A stretch of 27,990 nucleotides of DNA, from positions 1 through 27,990 of the forward strand of contig JAPNQO010000115.1 in assembly GCA_027251445.1 (NCBI GenBank), written 5' to 3'. Positions 27,101 through 27,990 of the stretch are shown piece by piece. The notes under the pieces are model-generated. The model searched no databases. It had not been told where the DNA came from and was given only the letters and a program-made list of their open reading frames with translations. Every line of letters starts with the position of its first letter. Position 1 is the first letter of the stretch. The position numbers and the translations under genes are program-made. This DNA comes from Fidelibacterota bacterium. Its GTDB lineage: Bacteria; Fidelibacterota; Marinisomatia; Marinisomatales; TCS55.

Positions 27101-27990
27101 TCGTGGAAATAATTTTAGTGTGACTGATGCTGGTGTAATGAATGTTGCTGGTGCACTTACAGCTGCATCATTCAGTGGAGATATGACATCTAATGCTCTA
27201 ACTACTGATTCTCAAAATTTGACGGTTTCAACTACCACAAGTGGAAATATTATCCTTGACGCTGTTGATGATATAGATATTGATGCTGATGGGGATCAAA
27301 TAAACATGAAATTTGGAGGAGAAACGGGGCATCTAAGTTTTTCCAATGGAAATACTGGCGATATTAAGATCAAGCAGGAAACCGATGGTAAAAATATTAT
27401 TTTCCTTGATCAAGCTGATGTTACAACATTTACAATTGAAGATGCTGCTACAGGTATTGTTGTTCCAGGAGAAGTTAAAACAACGAAACTATCATATACA
27501 GATGGAACTGATGCTATTACCGTTGCTGCAGATGGTGCGCTTACAGTTGCTTTAAGAGCTACTGCCGATGCTGGAATTGATGTGGATAACTTAGTATTAG
27601 ATAATAATTCACTAACTTCATCATCTGGTGCACTTACATTGACTAGTGCAGCAGCAGCCACTTGGTCTACTGGTGCTGGTGCATTAACTATAGATGGTGC
27701 AGGTGGTATTAACATTGGAACAACTGCCGATCAAGCAGTGGATTTTGATGCAAGTACTCTTGATATTGATGCTTCAGATGAAGTTACAATTGATGCTGCA
27801 TCTAGTAGTGGTATTTCACTTGATGCTAGTGCAGCTTCAAATTTTACAACTAGTGCTGGTGCGTTAACTTTAGATGGTGCTGCTGGTGTTGACATTGATG
27901 CAGCAGATGAAATTACACTTGATGCCGCATCAACAAGTGCTATTTCACTTGATGCTAGTGCAGCTTCGAATTTCACAACTAGTGCTGGTG
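18174..27990 (+). CDS. Giant (>3272 aa, 3'-truncated) signal-peptide-bearing mosaic fibre/adhesin built from phage-tail-fibre-like repeats
   Basis: Hand translation from ATG 18174 meets no stop before the window end. It begins MKNYILAFMLVPFLLFG|Q, followed by the domain VPRLLSYQG..F.LFD..W.ETH..LG..LEIEIDG..LSPRQ.ITSV.YA. Then come GGTGAS..AR..LGL, KLPAVD.S, IQ.QLDGK, N.A.G..A beta-roll, QDKDII and AGG.DID repeats. Confidence 0.92.
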   Translation, partial: MKNYILAFMLVPFLLFGQKFKDKDSELIIKDTGGGDINSKAVAVETVPRLLSYQGFLTVGGAGPVSDGQYTVNFRLFDQEEDGNEFWNETHLLTISDGLVSALLGSNGFPIETVPMNSYLEIEIDGNTLSPRQQITSVMYAIKSDTTYFAKGYTKTADLSEVAMSGEYSDLLNSPDLTPFATKDSLGYYATLDSLDSYTLTSELSVVAFSGEYEDILNIPDLADYAVTDTLSYYATLDSLGYYVTEDSLSQYIGSTIQPYDTELYQIAELRDLVEGQLIVYDGTELTWTAQGGADARATLGLGEMSVQEPDSVIITGGSISGIEDLSISDGGTGASNSQGARDSLGLTIGEDVQAFDSDLQTIATQNHSENPNVKQMLISRGYYWEARSADSARTDLGLKIGQDVQAWNQDLQNFADGQDIPADKIQYGEYFINQPGQQGQIWASDASDEGRWSNLGDYLTYDVSGADSATSIVFDVDVGTGPNQVIALDVNQKLPAVNASRLEGITADQINDSTVSNSEFNMLAGVRTISGEDGPGGLIQDQLDNKAQKGNNSDILSITGLTTMLAINQGGTGASTAEDARTNLDAQQQNVHLDDLAEDGILSASKVEYGNFFVKDAGDAGFQWTSDGVDEGYWAPGGDIAHVYTDAGRGILINSATVAEAGSVHVAVDAGTAVGQIPQLEFSSNFEGGKLPAVDGSGVLYLNAEQINASSASPVSNAQFDLLTDLRTTSTQDSAGGPIQAQLDGKQNQSNILDDFVTTSTGNTTDQDLLIWKVVDGDGSWQLLKSDDATYNVTASRVEHGEFFINDAGINGQYWSSDGAENGSWRTYGPRFTIGADTLNIRTGTNAGDIVELLTGGKLPAVDASNLLELNALQINDSTVSNAEFNALAALRLAGTALPEANATEFRYQAGDIQVQLDGKMNYNEYLADLSDGLLTYDRVQYGQYFIQEPSDLAGKVWTWSGDQATGFGLWELPPGAQWIGDLNDASTTGDGNLFLGDRAGENATGENNIGVGPGALSSVTTGNINVAVGRNAGQNIQTGSANVLIGHNAGSNLLSNSENRLIIENGNDGLGFTNPLIDGSFANPNRGINVDGTVLSRDDLTTANEINIAEINQDNSVVADLFTISESSGDISMVNQSSDQKINFVVDQNNTLLTLDGSDDMVKLPAETKLASDDNTSTFINATSSGTNLNVMGETKVFVRGGDNLAGRIQLMAKDSLRLKSDNIEIDSPQEFIVQNNMRVGGDFRIGDVTNEEFKISHDGSYNTIIENRKDDKDLIFKITPSAVGTQTEVMRLDGDGRSLLMADNKKLEFRDNQTYLNSTEANVLALVAPSLNITSTSGVTLNTTNRLQFNDAATYINSSASNVLDIVSPTLILSESGTAAGTVQIGTGAENTLVSDATSLTLTSPNLKLNGTTKTIALGQVEFQDSLILADNGSEVNEFVIAENSATNDYTIANMVQDKDIIFNLKPGGTATEIARFDGSASSLLMGGTNKIEFTDANHYINNSGSQLDIAALTNGTVKIGKYTDGDGANTTATVKLEGTTVNPNTNQFTFTAPNETPVVTLDSDKDAAGSSSSLILKKIRGTGGVDDDLLGMIVAKGENDGTTERNYAEIKFESKVATAGSERGSILFVTKGTTGPLDINGETDLLMDINHETANTVSVHGDMSVAGSMSLNGAAFRADITSDLKGVNNLGTDGSGEWKGLHLYDASGAANNAKITFGSGSTDTPVAGDIELQHDITNSGLTLNDDHRFQFRNNATYVASSASDILDLVAPTLNITSNNIDASRRLSVNDTIAIGGSLTTLTLMEMNNNDFIVKNITQDKNIVLSVNDGGSQSDALVIKGDDKSATLSGDVILKGQMLFNDSENEFSIAETGTDDYTIKNLIQDKDIIVNANVGGADTEIARFDGSASSLLMAGTNKVEFGAATDYINAANTKLNVRSNNPLWIDVSSIKMGNDLDTGSPDYGMVIEKDIDSETLTSSAASKPVWKLSNTNATAAQAGAIVEFSKTATQDDAIMGSIKSSTGDGTFAQVDFKGEGNTASQTGSMVFTTYEGGAAKQVMDLSATNANTVTIGTGSNSANLKVFGTLTAASTAYENDLLPAVDGGGVNEAGLGASDYRWKDLYLYDAGVASFGGASIPVVTLTHDDGESDSNPGLILDTDSRLYFDDVNQHIGRKNGEAGVLEIVSATEVEINAGPLLDLDANSVTVDANSVAINAAQSDGVAITAALGNIELNTPSNKAVVLKSNQAVTVSHVSDGGAQDFTIAQTGAVDASLFINSAGTAADAIALTASAGGIDILASGAAAGEDIDITATGSSVNLSSNEAVADAIALTASAGGLDIDGVNSTIAITNTTDGDEDDITISTVNANNSSIILNSAGNGTDAIALTAAAGDIDIDAANVTMDATAGVSIQGATASDLTVAGSGETLTLEASGGGTNQVIISSAGTGTDALDINAPNGGIDIDAAVGSAVALNAGSFNITSNTSNTGTVKVIGADAESAKLFLSADEDDSNADKWLIAAADDGAVTISNTADGSTFSPKLTVASDGTVTAGSFSGNMNSNDLQTDQVMTIASSNVAAVAVDLDASAGGAAIDAVKASNFTVTGSGESLTLSAAGGGAQKVIVNSAGTGEDAIQLNATAGGVDIDALAAKDVNIAGGQVALVSKDDAASAISLTTNVGTSETIVVTNTQGNTENALTLEATAGGVNVDAAAGKDVDLSGGQVAISSKDNAANAITLTANQGASETIVVTNTQGTGEGAITLTSTAGGVDVDAAATKDVSVAGGQVALVSKDDAASAISLTTNIGTSETIVVTNTQGTGSGALTFTATAGGVDIDGADEVNIGSSKDDPAAIVIDASAGGVDILASDAAAGEDIDISATGSSVNLSSNEAVADAITLNASAGGIDITSAGVMDITTSAGNSNITIDPNGSGTLALGSADNTAVTVDAIALTLTAAATGSITIDADNGNEATEDVIIRGNNFSVTDAGVMNVAGALTAASFSGDMTSNALTTDSQNLTVSTTTSGNIILDAVDDIDIDADGDQINMKFGGETGHLSFSNGNTGDIKIKQETDGKNIIFLDQADVTTFTIEDAATGIVVPGEVKTTKLSYTDGTDAITVAADGALTVALRATADAGIDVDNLVLDNNSLTSSSGALTLTSAAAATWSTGAGALTIDGAGGINIGTTADQAVDFDASTLDIDASDEVTIDAASSSGISLDASAASNFTTSAGALTLDGAAGVDIDAADEITLDAASTSAISLDASAASNFTTSAG
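18648..18917 (+). repeat. Two tandem 135-nt (45-aa) coding repeats
   Basis: LSEVAMSGEYSDLLNSPDL..YYATLDSL at 18648 and LSVVAFSGEYEDILNIPDL..YYATLDSL at 18783. Confidence 0.85.
19425..21090 (+). repeat. Degenerate protein module repeated three times plus a partial fourth
   Basis: YG.YFI..G..W.SD..G.W at about 19446, 19992, 20565 and 20991. KLPAV(D/N) at about 19652, 20244 and 20748. VSN.(E/Q)F and IQ.QLD.K occur three times each. Confidence 0.8.
22491..24750 (+). repeat. Internal duplication of about 420-430 aa
   Basis: NEF.IAE...DYTI.N..QDKDII...TEIARFDGSASSLLM.GTNK.EF at 22491 and 23775 (offset 1284 nt). WK.L.LYDA at 23277 and 24534 (offset 1257 nt). Confidence 0.8.
25083..26857 (+). repeat. 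Dispersed 83-nt direct repeat (25083-25165 and 26775-26857)
   Basis: Both copies encode AAAGEDIDI(T/S)ATGSSVNLSSNEAVADAI, with 5 mismatches in 83 nt. Confidence 0.9.
26067..26680 (+). repeat. About 3.2 tandem 189-nt (63-aa) repeats
   Basis: ggtggtcaagttgct occurs at 26142, 26331 and 26520. The unit is TAGGV.VDA...KDV...GGQVA..SKD.AA.AI.LT.N.G.SETIVVTNTQG. Confidence 0.92.
27762..27990 (+). repeat. 129-nt (43-aa) tandem repeat running off the window end
   Basis: 27812-27861 and 27941-27990 match at 48 of 50 nt (ISLDASAASNFTTSAG). Confidence 0.9.

Noticed and set aside
18252..27976. Many short ORFs in the track, mostly minus strand (e.g. 24935-25408, 26525-27052, 27731-27976)
   Set aside because: They are shadows of the giant + strand gene. 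Its Ala/Asp/Gly codon pattern suppresses antisense stops, and their repeats simply mirror the sense repeats.
16586..27990. Prophage, tailocin or contractile injection system
   Set aside because: No structural, packaging, lysis or integrase genes are visible, and both proteins carry Sec-type signal peptides. Sequence beyond the window cannot be assessed.
18174..27990. RTX/T1SS adhesin or ice-nucleation protein
   Set aside because: There are no GGxGxD nonapeptide arrays or AGYGST octapeptides, and an N-terminal signal peptide argues against T1SS export.
1..27990. tRNA, rRNA, riboswitch or IS elements
   Set aside because: Intergenic gaps are short (at most about 150 nt) and show no cloverleaf, transposase or terminal inverted repeats that I can support.

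Overview
This is an AT-rich bacterial chromosome window. Gene content suggests the FCB group, most likely a marine Marinimicrobia/SAR406-like organism (inference from DUF4837, an FCB-type Omp85, the GT2-accA synteny and Gln at +1 after signal peptides). Positions 1-11173 form a tightly packed + strand envelope operon: beta-propeller fragment, 1092-aa outer-membrane barrel, Omp85-family protein, DUF4837 lipoprotein, RmlD, polyprenol-P-mannose synthase, a GT2/phosphoglycosyl-transferase-like fusion, AccA and a thioesterase. A DMT transporter, a methylcrotonyl-CoA carboxylase beta subunit and a PpiD/SurA-like foldase follow on the - strand, then a family-5 UDG on the + strand. The main feature is absent from the ORF track because it has no stop codon in the window. 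It is one + strand frame from ATG 18174 to the window end (>3272 aa, checked by hand translation). It encodes a Sec signal peptide, a YQG...SPR..SV.YA N-terminal domain and a long mosaic of phage-tail-fibre/trimeric-adhesin-like repeats, with no other phage genes nearby. It lies 76 nt downstream of a secreted PKD/Ig plus CsgG/DUF2380-like protein with a C-terminal hydrophobic, Pro-rich tail. Together they are a candidate cell-surface fibre display module.
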